Below, piece by piece: positions 48,188 through 57,465 of a stretch of DNA of 64,000 nucleotides (positions within the stretch are counted from its first letter, which is position 1; every line of letters starts with the position of its first letter). Made by a program: the position numbers and the translations under genes. This stretch comes from Minisyncoccota bacterium (GTDB taxonomy: Bacteria; Patescibacteriota; Minisyncoccia; Phycocordibacterales; PALSA-1337): NCBI GenBank assembly GCA_041665385.1, contig JBAYIX010000001.1, forward strand, positions 47,865 through 111,864, written 5' to 3'. The notes under the pieces were generated by a model. That model was not told the DNA's origin and ran no database searches. It saw nothing but the letters and a program-made list of their open reading frames with translations.

Positions 48188-48953
48188 AAATATGAATCAA
48201 GAAGACATACAACAACAAATAAAAGAACAGTTCCGCAGTCTGCCACCGTTACTGCAGGAAGCTATCACTGCTACAGACCTACCGATAAAGATGAAGGACC
48301 TTGCGAACAAGCACAACCTCCTATTAGACGAGGCGGGCATACTAGAAATGGAAATACTATTTGTATTGCTAGGAATGAAAAAATCTTCGGATTTTGTCAG
48401 TACACTTGCCTCAGAACTAAAACTCGACAAACATGAGGTAACAAGCATCGCACAGGATGTGAACACATTCATATTTGATGAAGTGAGAACTCACCTGAGA
48501 GAGATCGAACAAGAAACCGAGGACGAAGGTGATAAAGGCACCGCTCCGTCGTCATCTGCAACCTCAGTGAACTTCGACACACTAAAGAGAGACATGGAAG
48601 CGGTAGGGGGCATAGCTATTCATAATGAAAGCTCAGAACCAGAGGAATACACATATAATAGTATGGGCAAACCTGCCTCTACTCACGAACCCCACATAGA
48701 GCCACCGACAAATTTGCCCGGGAAAACAGAGATAGTAGGCATGACAGATGCTCATACCGAGGCTCTGCCAGATCACCTATTGGGAAAACCTGCAGTTACG
48801 CCTATTGCACACAAACCAATTATAAACCAGACTTTTCCTACATCTTCAACTCAACCTTCAGTTTCAGTACGTCCTACTCAGCCGGTGCAACCCATCCCAC
48901 CTATGCCGCGAGAAGGAGGAAGCATCGGTGATCACTATCGCGAACCAGTGTAA
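48177..48953 (+). CDS. acidic hypothetical protein in the T4SS-like cluster
   Basis: 258 aa, no transmembrane helix, acidic, C-terminal Pro/Thr/Ser-rich tail. Overlaps the upstream gene stop. Confidence 0.4.
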   Translation: MQNKNMNQEDIQQQIKEQFRSLPPLLQEAITATDLPIKMKDLANKHNLLLDEAGILEMEILFVLLGMKKSSDFVSTLASELKLDKHEVTSIAQDVNTFIFDEVRTHLREIEQETEDEGDKGTAPSSSATSVNFDTLKRDMEAVGGIAIHNESSEPEEYTYNSMGKPASTHEPHIEPPTNLPGKTEIVGMTDAHTEALPDHLLGKPAVTPIAHKPIINQTFPTSSTQPSVSVRPTQPVQPIPPMPREGGSIGDHYREPV

Positions 48954-48983
48954 CTCCGAACATTATAAGTTATAATATGTGAG

Positions 48984-49421
48984 ATGCGTTACCAAGTTCC
49001 TCAATTCATAGAGGTGGAAGACAAAATTTTCGGACCACTCACGCTGAAACAGTTCATTTACATTGTCGGCGGAGCCGGACTGTCATTCATCATATATGTC
49101 CTTATCGGCAATCTCCTATTGTCATTCATCCCCATGGCCATAGTCATGGGAATATCTCTCGCTTTGGCATTCTTCAAGGTATACAACCATTTCCCACTCA
49201 TAACCATAGCAGAACATGCCTTCAAATATTGGTTTGGTAGCAAGCTATATATATGGAAAAAAGAAGAGAAACCCCGGGCGAAAGACGCACAGTCAGCTAT
49301 CCGAGACGCAAAGAGCTACGCAGGCATAACTGTACCAAAGATTTCCGATAGCAAACTCAAGGAGCTCACTTGGAGTCTGGATATCAAAGAGAGCATGTAC
49401 TCCAACCGCAACCAAAAATAA
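48984..49421 (+). CDS. PrgI-family (VirB3-like) small membrane protein of Gram-positive/CPR-type T4SS
   Basis: N-terminus MRYQVPQFIEVEDKIFGPLTLKQFIYIVGGAG followed by two transmembrane helices. The QFI(D/E)VEDKI(F)GPLTL(K/R)QF motif is characteristic of PrgI-family proteins encoded upstream of VirB4. Confidence 0.65.
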   Translation: MRYQVPQFIEVEDKIFGPLTLKQFIYIVGGAGLSFIIYVLIGNLLLSFIPMAIVMGISLALAFFKVYNHFPLITIAEHAFKYWFGSKLYIWKKEEKPRAKDAQSAIRDAKSYAGITVPKISDSKLKELTWSLDIKESMYSNRNQK

Positions 49422-49422
49422 A

Positions 49423-50064
49423 ATGGCAAACACACCCCCAAAAGCTACGCAGGATTTTGTACCTATTTCGGAAATACGTGACGGTGTAATCATCCTGAAA
49501 AACGGGGGAATGAGGTCTGTGATACTGGCATCTTCGTTGAACTTCGCGCTCAAATCTGCAGACGAGCAAAACTCCATATTGTTTCAGTTCCAAAACTTCC
49601 TAAATTCTCTCGATTTCTCCGTACAGATAGTCATACAATCAAAAAAACTCGACATAAGGCCGTACCTCGCCCTTTTGGAGTCCCGATACAAAGACCAAGC
49701 TACCGAGCTCATGAAGATTCAAGTCAGAGAATATATAGAATTTATAAAGACTTTCGTTGAAAATACCAATATCATGTCGAAGAGTTTCTTTGTCGTCATA
49801 CCTTATGATCCGGCACTCCTAAACTCATCTAATAACCCCATGAGCAAGTATCTTCCCGGGAAAAATAAAGGTTCGGAAAGGCTGAGTGCCGACCAGCAAT
49901 TCCAAGAATACCGATCTCAGCTCGAACAGAGAGTAGCAGTAGTAGAGCAGGGCCTGGTTCGTTGTGGCATACGCGCGGCAGAACTAGGTACAGAAGAAGT
50001 GGTAGAATTGTTTTATAAACTCTTCAATCCCGGAGAGACGGAAAAGCCTATCCAAATAACCTAA
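49423..50064 (+). CDS. VirB4-like N-terminal segment (possible split or frameshifted 5' part of the VirB4 ATPase gene)
   Basis: 213 aa. VPISEIRDGVIILKNGGMRSVILASSLNFALKSADEQNSILFQFQNFLNSLDFSVQIVIQS resembles the extreme N-terminus of Gram-positive VirB4/Orf16/TcpF proteins. Stop TAA at 50062-64 is followed 1 nt later by the ATG of the next ORF. Confidence 0.5.
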   Translation: MANTPPKATQDFVPISEIRDGVIILKNGGMRSVILASSLNFALKSADEQNSILFQFQNFLNSLDFSVQIVIQSKKLDIRPYLALLESRYKDQATELMKIQVREYIEFIKTFVENTNIMSKSFFVVIPYDPALLNSSNNPMSKYLPGKNKGSERLSADQQFQEYRSQLEQRVAVVEQGLVRCGIRAAELGTEEVVELFYKLFNPGETEKPIQIT

Positions 50065-50065
50065 T

Positions 50066-51877
50066 ATGTCTTTTATCTCAAAAATATTCAGTAAAAAAGA
50101 AGTTTCTCCCATAGTTTCTATCATGCCGGAAGAAATATACCAGGCTGGCGTTCTCGAACTCAAAGATGTCATCGCACCCTCTGCTCTCAAGGTCAGCCCA
50201 AAGGATATAAATCTGGGAGAGAAAGTAGGCAGAACACTCTTTGTCATATCATATCCGAGATTCCTCCAAGAGAGCTGGTTTGCCCCCATCATAAACCTGG
50301 ACAAAGTTTTTAATGTTTCCATCTTCATCCACCCCGTAGACACAGCAAAGATCCTCCGTCATTTTCAAAAGAAAGTTGCGGAAGTCCAGAGCCAGATCTC
50401 GAGGAGGGAAGATAAGGGACTGGTGCGTGACCCTGCTCTCGATACCGCATACCAAGACCTAGAAGCTCTCCGCGACCAACTGATGCAGGCACAAGAGCAC
50501 CTTTTCGACGTGGGAGTTTACATCACACTCTTTGCCGACAATGAAAGCGAACTAGACAAACTCGAATCCGAAGTGAAATCCATACTGGAATCCAAGCTTG
50601 TCTATGTAAAACCAGCTCTTTTCCAACAGGAAAATGGCTTCAAAAGTGTGCTTCCACTAGCAGACGACCAACTCGCAGTACATTCCAAGCTCAATTCTTC
50701 ACCTCTTTCCAGTCTATTTCCATTCGTCTCTTTTGACCTTACCTCGGACAAAGGTATCCTTTATGGCATAAACAGACACAATTCCTCGCTGGTACTTTTC
50801 GACCGATTCCTACTAGAAAACTACAACTCTGTCACTTTTGCAGTAGCCGGAGCCGGAAAATCCTACTGTACAAAGCTCGAAATACTCCGAACTCTCATGT
50901 TCGACACCGATGTCATAGTCATCGACCCAGAAAAGGAATACGAATACATGGCCGAAGCCACAGGAGGAAAATACTTCAACATTTCCTTGAATTCCGAGCA
51001 CCATATCAACCCCTTTGACCTACCTATCCCCAGAGAAGATGAGTCGGCATCAGATGTTTTGCGATCCAATATCATAAACCTTGTCGGTTTATTCCGTATC
51101 ATGCTCGGGGGACTCACTCAGGAGGAAGACGCGATCATAGACAGGGCGATCACCGAGACCTACGCTCTCAAAGACATCACTGCAGAGTCCAACTTTCAGA
51201 GTGTAGAGCCACCACTTTTGTCTGATTTTGAAATGGTACTTGCAGGAATGGAGGGGGCGAATTCTCTGGTAGAAAGACTTTCCAAATATACCAAGGGCAC
51301 GTGGTCCAGTTTTATCAACAGACCATCGAATGTAGATATAAACAAAAAGTTTGTGGTATTTTCCCTGCGGGATATGGAAGACGAGCTCAAACCTGTGGCT
51401 ATGTATATAGTCACGCACTATATATGGAATTCCATACGAAAAGTTCTGAAAAAGCGCCTACTAGTGATCGACGAGGCCTGGTGGATGATGAAATCCGAAG
51501 ACACCGCCTCATTCTTGTTCGGCCTAGCAAAGAGAGGTCGCAAATACTTCCTGGGCCTTGCTACCATCACTCAGGATGTCGACGACTTCCTAAAGTCTCC
51601 TTACGGCCTACCTATCGTGAGCAACTCATCTATGCAAATACTGCTAAAGCAGTCACCGGCTGTCATAGATACTGTTCAGAGAACATTTAACCTTACCGAT
51701 GAAGAAAAGTATTTGCTCCTAGAGTCCGACGTGGGAGAGGGTATATTCTTCGTAGGATTGAAACATGTGGCGCTCAAGATCGTGGCTTCATATACTGAAG
51801 ACCAGATTATCACCACAAATCCTCAGCAAGTGATGGCTATAAGAGAGGCAAAGAAACAATTGGAAAGTGCGGGGTAG
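50066..51877 (+). CDS. virB4: VirB4/TrbE/CagE-family type IV secretion ATPase
   Basis: Walker A AVAGAGKSYCT, Walker B LLVIDEAWWMM, VirB4-type N-terminal domain (GEKVGRTLFVISYPRF) and C-terminal ATPase motifs (GLATITQDVDDF). 603 aa. Confidence 0.8.
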   Translation: MSFISKIFSKKEVSPIVSIMPEEIYQAGVLELKDVIAPSALKVSPKDINLGEKVGRTLFVISYPRFLQESWFAPIINLDKVFNVSIFIHPVDTAKILRHFQKKVAEVQSQISRREDKGLVRDPALDTAYQDLEALRDQLMQAQEHLFDVGVYITLFADNESELDKLESEVKSILESKLVYVKPALFQQENGFKSVLPLADDQLAVHSKLNSSPLSSLFPFVSFDLTSDKGILYGINRHNSSLVLFDRFLLENYNSVTFAVAGAGKSYCTKLEILRTLMFDTDVIVIDPEKEYEYMAEATGGKYFNISLNSEHHINPFDLPIPREDESASDVLRSNIINLVGLFRIMLGGLTQEEDAIIDRAITETYALKDITAESNFQSVEPPLLSDFEMVLAGMEGANSLVERLSKYTKGTWSSFINRPSNVDINKKFVVFSLRDMEDELKPVAMYIVTHYIWNSIRKVLKKRLLVIDEAWWMMKSEDTASFLFGLAKRGRKYFLGLATITQDVDDFLKSPYGLPIVSNSSMQILLKQSPAVIDTVQRTFNLTDEEKYLLLESDVGEGIFFVGLKHVALKIVASYTEDQIITTNPQQVMAIREAKKQLESAG

Positions 51878-51931
51878 GATCCCTGAACACCATGCGGTGA
51901 AGGGACACGCTATTACTGTTATAATAGACTC

Positions 51932-52324
51932 GTGAAACCCGAACACCGCATAACAACAGGCGCATTTGCAATATGGCTCATCGTTGGTGGACTTTTCGAT
52001 CTTCTCGGTCTTATACCATTCGTCGAGAATGTAATAGGAATAATTTTCGCTCTACTATTTGGAACATACCTATGGATAAAAGGCATGGGTGTATTTAAGG
52101 GCAAAGTTTTTATTACCGAATGTATCAGTTTAGTCGGATCTTTTATCCCTATGATACAGAGCCTTCCTCAACTGACAGCAGGCGTAGTAGCAATATTCAT
52201 AATAAGTAGACTAGAAGAAAAGGTCGGTATATCAGCGACATCACTCACGAGTGGCAAGGGTATTCGAACCCCCGTAGGCAGGAATCCGCTAAACCAGGGA
52301 GGTATACGCGCACCACGTGTATAA
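51932..52324 (+). CDS. small polytopic membrane protein (hypothetical; possibly pilin/VirB2-like)
   Basis: 130 aa with three hydrophobic segments, directly downstream of VirB4. Assignment to VirB2 is speculative. Confidence 0.35.
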   Translation: MKPEHRITTGAFAIWLIVGGLFDLLGLIPFVENVIGIIFALLFGTYLWIKGMGVFKGKVFITECISLVGSFIPMIQSLPQLTAGVVAIFIISRLEEKVGISATSLTSGKGIRTPVGRNPLNQGGIRAPRV

Positions 52325-52357
52325 CCAAACATGCAGCTTTGTCATATTCTTGGTAAA

Positions 52358-53413
52358 ATGAAATCAATGAAATCTAAAGTATTCTTAACTTCCACTTTTT
52401 TGCTTTTTATATTTGCTTTCACACAAGCTCAAGGAATATCTACGAATATCCAAGGCATAGATCTGACAGTCTCGAACAATAGCCCAGCCCCAGGACAGAC
52501 TGTGACCATAAAAGCCGAGAGTTATGTTTCTGACCTCAATTCTTCGAATATTACCTGGAAGCTGAACAACGTGGAATATAAAAAGGGTATAGGTGTAACT
52601 TCCGTCGACATACAGGCACCGGCTCTAGGAAAAAAACTAACAGTGAGTATAGTTGCAGTCACTCCGGAAGGGAGGACGATGACAACCAGCGTGAGCCTAA
52701 GTTCCGGAAATGTTGATCTTATATTGGAATCAGACGGCTACGTGCCTCCATTTTTCCAAGGCAAGATGCCCCTCGTCTACCAGAATAACTACCGCGTGAT
52801 AGCCATGCCGCACCTAGCGGATACATCGGGCAAGGAATACGATCCAGCGACACTCATATATCAATGGAGTAAGGATTCCCGTCTGGTCCAGGACCAGAGT
52901 GGTTATGGTAAACAAGTATTTTTGTGGAAAGATGAGATGGTCCCGAGACAGAGACTGATATCCGTAAAAGTATTGACCCGAGACGGCAGTGTCCAAGCAG
53001 AAAAGGTGATACCCATAGAAGCAGGGAGCCCACTCATAGTCTTTTACAAGGATGATCCATTGTACGGCACACTCTTCAATAATGCCCTGGAAAATAGCGT
53101 CAGCCTGGGAAAGAGCGGAGAAATATCGGTTCTTGCTGTTCCTTTTGGTTTCAATAAACCAGCAAATACCATGGGAGATCTCAATTTTTCCTGGCTCATA
53201 AACTCCATCAAACATGATTCTCTTTCGGCGAGTCAGTCCATAACCCTCCGAGCACCGACAGATAGTAGTGGATCTTCGAATATACAGCTCACTGTATATA
53301 ACAACGAAGACATATTAGAAAAAGCAGAAAATAGAATAACTGCAACCTATGCAATACCAAATAGTAATACTTCCATTAATAGTGCAAATACCCTGAACAA
53401 CAATGGCCTATAA
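52358..53413 (+). CDS. secreted beta-rich protein of the T4SS-like cluster (hypothetical)
   Basis: Signal peptide MKSMKSKVFLTSTFLLFIFAFTQAQG. Ser/Thr/Asn-rich, no known domain. Confidence 0.45.
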   Translation: MKSMKSKVFLTSTFLLFIFAFTQAQGISTNIQGIDLTVSNNSPAPGQTVTIKAESYVSDLNSSNITWKLNNVEYKKGIGVTSVDIQAPALGKKLTVSIVAVTPEGRTMTTSVSLSSGNVDLILESDGYVPPFFQGKMPLVYQNNYRVIAMPHLADTSGKEYDPATLIYQWSKDSRLVQDQSGYGKQVFLWKDEMVPRQRLISVKVLTRDGSVQAEKVIPIEAGSPLIVFYKDDPLYGTLFNNALENSVSLGKSGEISVLAVPFGFNKPANTMGDLNFSWLINSIKHDSLSASQSITLRAPTDSSGSSNIQLTVYNNEDILEKAENRITATYAIPNSNTSINSANTLNNNGL

Positions 53414-54599
53414 TACTCTCAAGAAAATAAAGTTTGTGATTTTTGTAGTGATTTTGATGACTTCTTTCTCGGTCATTGCCACACAACAACCTGCATACGC
53501 ACAAGAGTACAAGAAATACGAACTCTTGGAGCCCTTGCCATGCATACCAGATGAAGTATTAGACTGCAACGACTCTACTACCGGAAAAAACTCCACACTA
53601 ACGAGTGTGAACATGGCACAATTTTTCCAGTATGGGTTCAATCTTTTCATAGCAATTGCGGGCGTAGCCGCCGTATTCATGATGGTTTGGGGAGGATTCC
53701 TGTATATCACATCAGATTCCTGGTTCAAGAAAGACCAAGGTAAGACTTATTTCCAAAACGCGATATACGGCCTCCTCATGATTCTATGCTCATATCTGAT
53801 ATTACGAACTGTAAATCCAAAATTGGTTTCATTCCCGAGGACTATACCTGTAATAACCAGTACCGCAGCAACCGAAAACCCCGTCAGTCTTTTTGAACAA
53901 TTAAACAAAGCTGCTACGAACTATAACGTAGAAGCTCGAAAATTTGTCGATGAAGCAAGAGAAGCTGATACAGCTCTGACCGCACTAAAAAAAGAAAAAG
54001 GGGATGTAGAAAAGCAAATATTCAATGCTGAACTGAGTAATGCTGGACTCGATTCACAGACTACATTGATATCAGAACTCAAAGTAAAACTAGCAAAGAT
54101 CGATGACCAAATAAAAGAAAATGAAGCGAAGATAGTTGCTGGTGCAGCAAAAGCGACGATCACCAACGCTGGATTATCTATGACAACCAGCGGGGTCAGT
54201 AACAGTGCAACAGATGTCTATGCGACGGCACTGGAGGTATCCAGCGGTCTCAATCTAGTAGAACAGCAGAGACTTGACGCCGTTAAAAGATTAAATCAAA
54301 TGCAAGCTCCGCAAGAGATAACAGCTGTCAACGAACAAGCAGTTTATGCAAAAGCGATGATAAACTTGACTGACGCACAGGCTTCAGTAAACCGATTCAC
54401 TATAACCAAACCAGATAACTATGGGACTCCTTACACCACCACTGCAGATATAAAGCAATTTAAGGCAGATGTAGCATCTCGCATTACAAAAATTGAAGCT
54501 GAAGCAGCAACGATCAACAATGCCGAACTAAAACAAAAAATGTTAGCTGAAGCAAAAAAAGCAAAGGACGCATTAGAAAAGAAATTGAAAGGATATTAA
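53403..54599 (+). CDS. membrane protein with signal peptide, two-helix hairpin and long C-terminal coiled coil (hypothetical)
   Basis: Signal peptide, then helix pair FNLFIAIAGVAAVFMMVWGGFLYI / IYGLLMILCSYLILRTV reminiscent of conjugative pilin hairpins, then about 250 aa of coiled coil. Confidence 0.4.
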   Translation: MAYNTLKKIKFVIFVVILMTSFSVIATQQPAYAQEYKKYELLEPLPCIPDEVLDCNDSTTGKNSTLTSVNMAQFFQYGFNLFIAIAGVAAVFMMVWGGFLYITSDSWFKKDQGKTYFQNAIYGLLMILCSYLILRTVNPKLVSFPRTIPVITSTAATENPVSLFEQLNKAATNYNVEARKFVDEAREADTALTALKKEKGDVEKQIFNAELSNAGLDSQTTLISELKVKLAKIDDQIKENEAKIVAGAAKATITNAGLSMTTSGVSNSATDVYATALEVSSGLNLVEQQRLDAVKRLNQMQAPQEITAVNEQAVYAKAMINLTDAQASVNRFTITKPDNYGTPYTTTADIKQFKADVASRITKIEAEAATINNAELKQKMLAEAKKAKDALEKKLKGY

Positions 54600-55943
54600 A
54601 TGAAAAAAACAACAACCATAATAACAGTTCTGATCCTCATCCTCGCTCTGGTCGGCGCGGCGTATTGGTATTTCATTTTTGGCTTTGGTTCTGCACCAGT
54701 GACAGCCCTACCGGGGAATCAGACGACTCCGGGAGGATTTGAGCCTATAGACCGTCCTCTACCAACCGAATCCACATTACCAGGCGATATGACGAACAGT
54801 TCTTCTACAACAACGACTACAAATGAGCCTTCACCTCTCGCAACTCTCCGCCATTTGAGCAGTGTGCCAGTGGGAGGCTTTGGTGTATTTACCAGCGCTT
54901 CGCTCCGCTCCGGTCAGGCAGGATCTACGACTATCCGCTGGGTGGATAGAGGAAGAGGAAACACATACGAGGCGTACAGCCACAAACCAGACATAAACAT
55001 TCTTTCCAACACCTTGGTTCCTCGCATATACCAGAGCTGGTGGAATAACAGTCTAAACTCCTTTTTTGCGCAATATTCCAGTGCCACCAACGATACTGTC
55101 ACCACTGTTGTTGCAAATATTCAGAAAACTGTCGCAAACACACCCAGGCCTCAAAATGCGTCTTCTACCAACATCTCAAATAGCTCAACCGAAACAATTA
55201 CCGAAACGCCATATCAGCTCAAAGGAACGCTAGTTTCTGGAAACATTATAGACATTGCAGTATCACCAGCCAAAGATAGGGCAGTAGTAGTTACAAAAGA
55301 GAACAATCGAGCAATAGGATACCTATCCAAGTTCGATGGCACGGGACAAACCCAACTATTCAGCCTACCTCTCACAGCTATCACGGTAGACTGGCCGGAG
55401 ACCAATACTATTTCGGTCGTTACAAAAGGAAGTGCCTCATATGCCGGATACTTGTACTTCATAAATACAAAAACTGGCGTTATGAAGCAAATCTTGGGCG
55501 GTATAGCAGGCCTCAGTGCGAAAGTTAGCAAAGATGCGACACGAGTATTGTATTCGAGCACCGGCAGGGGAGAGTCTGCCATAGAAACGAACATGTTGGA
55601 TGTAAAAACAAGTACTGTCACAGATGTAATATTCAAAACATTAGCTGACAAGTGTACATGGTCTCCCAAAACCCTTGAACAGGTGTATTGCGCAGTACCT
55701 TCAACATTACCAAATGGTCTATATCCCGATGATTGGTACCTCGGTTTTGCCGCCTTTCGTGATAATATTTGGCTTTTAGACACAAAAACTGGCAACGGGA
55801 AACAAATAGCAAACCTACTCACTCTAGGAAATAGCCTTATAGATGCTATAAACCTGGAAATAGACAACTCTGACAACTATCTAGTATTCATGAATAAGAT
55901 CGATCTCAGTTTGTGGTCACTAGATCTAGCTGCTACAAACTAG
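54600..55943 (+). CDS. membrane-anchored secreted protein, Ser/Thr-rich with beta-propeller-like C-terminus (hypothetical)
   Basis: N-terminal transmembrane anchor MKKTTTIITVLILILALVGAAYWY, 447 aa. Last gene of the co-directional cluster. Confidence 0.4.
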   Translation: MKKTTTIITVLILILALVGAAYWYFIFGFGSAPVTALPGNQTTPGGFEPIDRPLPTESTLPGDMTNSSSTTTTTNEPSPLATLRHLSSVPVGGFGVFTSASLRSGQAGSTTIRWVDRGRGNTYEAYSHKPDINILSNTLVPRIYQSWWNNSLNSFFAQYSSATNDTVTTVVANIQKTVANTPRPQNASSTNISNSSTETITETPYQLKGTLVSGNIIDIAVSPAKDRAVVVTKENNRAIGYLSKFDGTGQTQLFSLPLTAITVDWPETNTISVVTKGSASYAGYLYFINTKTGVMKQILGGIAGLSAKVSKDATRVLYSSTGRGESAIETNMLDVKTSTVTDVIFKTLADKCTWSPKTLEQVYCAVPSTLPNGLYPDDWYLGFAAFRDNIWLLDTKTGNGKQIANLLTLGNSLIDAINLEIDNSDNYLVFMNKIDLSLWSLDLAATN

Positions 55944-56697
55944 CCTTCTTTGTCGCATATTGCTTCCTAATGACGAGCTCCTGTCCCAAGGTAAACAAAG
56001 TACTCACTATCCAATAAAGAGCGATGATCGATGCCGCCTGAGGGAAACTGGCGGGAATGATCCAGTATGTGGAGGCGAACGCCAGAATAGGCAACATAAA
56101 TTTCATTTGCTTGTTCATGGTAGTCGCAAAATCTGGAGCAGAAGGTGTTGCACCCTTGGTAGCTGGCACTGCCGACTTTATCTGTTTTGATGCGAGAGAG
56201 AAGTGTAATTGTACATATTGTGCGACTGCAGTCAGAATAGCCAAAATGAGGCTGGGCTGAGTCAGGTCGATGAGACCGAGAAACTGAGTTTTTACAACCG
56301 GCAAATCGATAAAAGAATATAGATATTCTGGGTGAATAGCGGGTATGATCTTGTAAAAAACAGACAGTAGGGCTAACAGGATAGGGAGTTGGATGAGTAG
56401 GAGCAATATACCAGAAAAAGGCTTTACACCCTTGGAACGGTATAACTCCATAATCTTTAGAGCTTGAGCTTGTCGATCGTTTGCGTATTCTGCTTTTATC
56501 TTATTTGCTTCCGGTTCTATCTCTTTCATTCGGATCTGCGTCAGTATAGAAGACTTCGAAAGATGGAAAAGTGCTAATTTTACGATAACTGTAAAAATAA
56601 TTACAGCAACGCCCACATCGGCCCACGGTAAAAGATCCATTACTCCTACCAAGCCATTATAAAGGGGCTGGAATATAAGGGTGTGGTACATATTCAA
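55933..56697 (-). CDS. yidC: membrane protein insertase YidC (short form)
   Basis: LLIQLPILLALLSVFYK and the conserved YidC/Oxa1 transmembrane core. 254 aa. Sits downstream of rnpA-rpmH as in most bacteria. Confidence 0.85.
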   Translation of the reverse strand: MNMYHTLIFQPLYNGLVGVMDLLPWADVGVAVIIFTVIVKLALFHLSKSSILTQIRMKEIEPEANKIKAEYANDRQAQALKIMELYRSKGVKPFSGILLLLIQLPILLALLSVFYKIIPAIHPEYLYSFIDLPVVKTQFLGLIDLTQPSLILAILTAVAQYVQLHFSLASKQIKSAVPATKGATPSAPDFATTMNKQMKFMLPILAFASTYWIIPASFPQAASIIALYWIVSTLFTLGQELVIRKQYATKKASL

Positions 56698-56725
56698 GAA
56701 CTATACACCGTTTCTACCAAAAAAA

Positions 56726-57064
56726 CTAACTTTTTGATATTTTTGCCTTTATGAACAATTCCTGAACATCTTTGGCTATATCTGCAAGCTCTATTTCGGA
56801 AATATCTTTCTTTATGAAGAGAGCCCCCCATATTCCTGGTATTATGACAGCCATTAGCGGTCTTATCGCTGCATATATTCGGCGCCTATTACGATTCCTC
56901 ACTACAGCAGTCTTTGCTATCTTTTTGGGGGCAACGGCAGATATACGTGTGTCTACCTGACCAGAAACGAATCTCAATAAAAAAAGGGTAGAGTGAGCCA
57001 CCCTTCCTTTTTCCATCACTATATCAAACTGTTTTGTTGTCAGTCTTTGCGACTTTGCTAACAT
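56726..57064 (-). CDS. rnpA: ribonuclease P protein component
   Basis: 112 aa basic protein, MLAKSQRLTTKQFDIVMEKGR...RNRNRRRIYAAIR (RNR motif), immediately downstream of rpmH. Confidence 0.85.
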   Translation of the reverse strand: MLAKSQRLTTKQFDIVMEKGRVAHSTLFLLRFVSGQVDTRISAVAPKKIAKTAVVRNRNRRRIYAAIRPLMAVIIPGIWGALFIKKDISEIELADIAKDVQELFIKAKISKS

Positions 57065-57066
57065 TT

Positions 57067-57204
57067 TTAGGAGACGGACACTTTCTTGCGTCCGCGAGCA
57101 CGCCTTCTAGCCACTATTTTGCGGCCTCCAGGACTCTTCATCCTCATGCGAAATCCGTGCGCCTTGGCACGCTTCCTCTTGTTTGGGTGGTAAGTGAATG
57201 ACAT
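57067..57204 (-). CDS. rpmH: 50S ribosomal protein L34 (not in the ORF track; under 60 aa)
   Basis: Manual translation gives [45 protein letters not shown] (45 aa), matching the L34 consensus (KRTFQPS..KR..HGFR.RM.T..GR.VL.RRR.KGR..L). Confidence 0.85.
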   Translation of the reverse strand: MSFTYHPNKRKRAKAHGFRMRMKSPGGRKIVARRRARGRKKVSVS

Positions 57205-57247
57205 GATTGATGAAGTATTGCATGGTTTTATTTTATTGGCAAGTTTT

Positions 57248-57365
57248 TGCCTCCCGAGCCGGCAGTGTGCTCCTTTTGTTCCTTTTGAAATAGTTGTGCA
57301 GGGTTCGAGTAATCATAAAAGCTCACAAAAGGAACAAAAGGAGCACACTGCCGGCTCGGGAGGCA
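57248..57365. repeat. hairpin element copy E3: 40-bp perfect inverted repeat with a 38-nt loop, in the rpmH-dnaA spacer
   Basis: Arms gcctcccgagccggcagtgtgctccttttgttccttttg and its exact complement. Loop aaatagttgtgcagggttcgagtaatcataaaagctca has the family core GGGTTCGAGTAATC. A DnaA-box-like tcatccaca follows about 60 nt downstream. Confidence 0.85.
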
Positions 57366-57465
57366 CCAACTCACAACACAAAAAATGTTCTCCACAGCTT
57401 ATCAACATATTTACAGCTCATCCACAAGTTCCCATATTTATAAACAGGTATATACTGTAAAAACG

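Noticed and set aside
57288-57325. Hairpin-element loop core GGGTTCGAGTAATC resembling a tRNA T-arm (GGTTCGAATCC)
   Set aside because: No acceptor, D or anticodon arms can be drawn around it, and the surrounding 40-bp perfect stem is incompatible with a tRNA.
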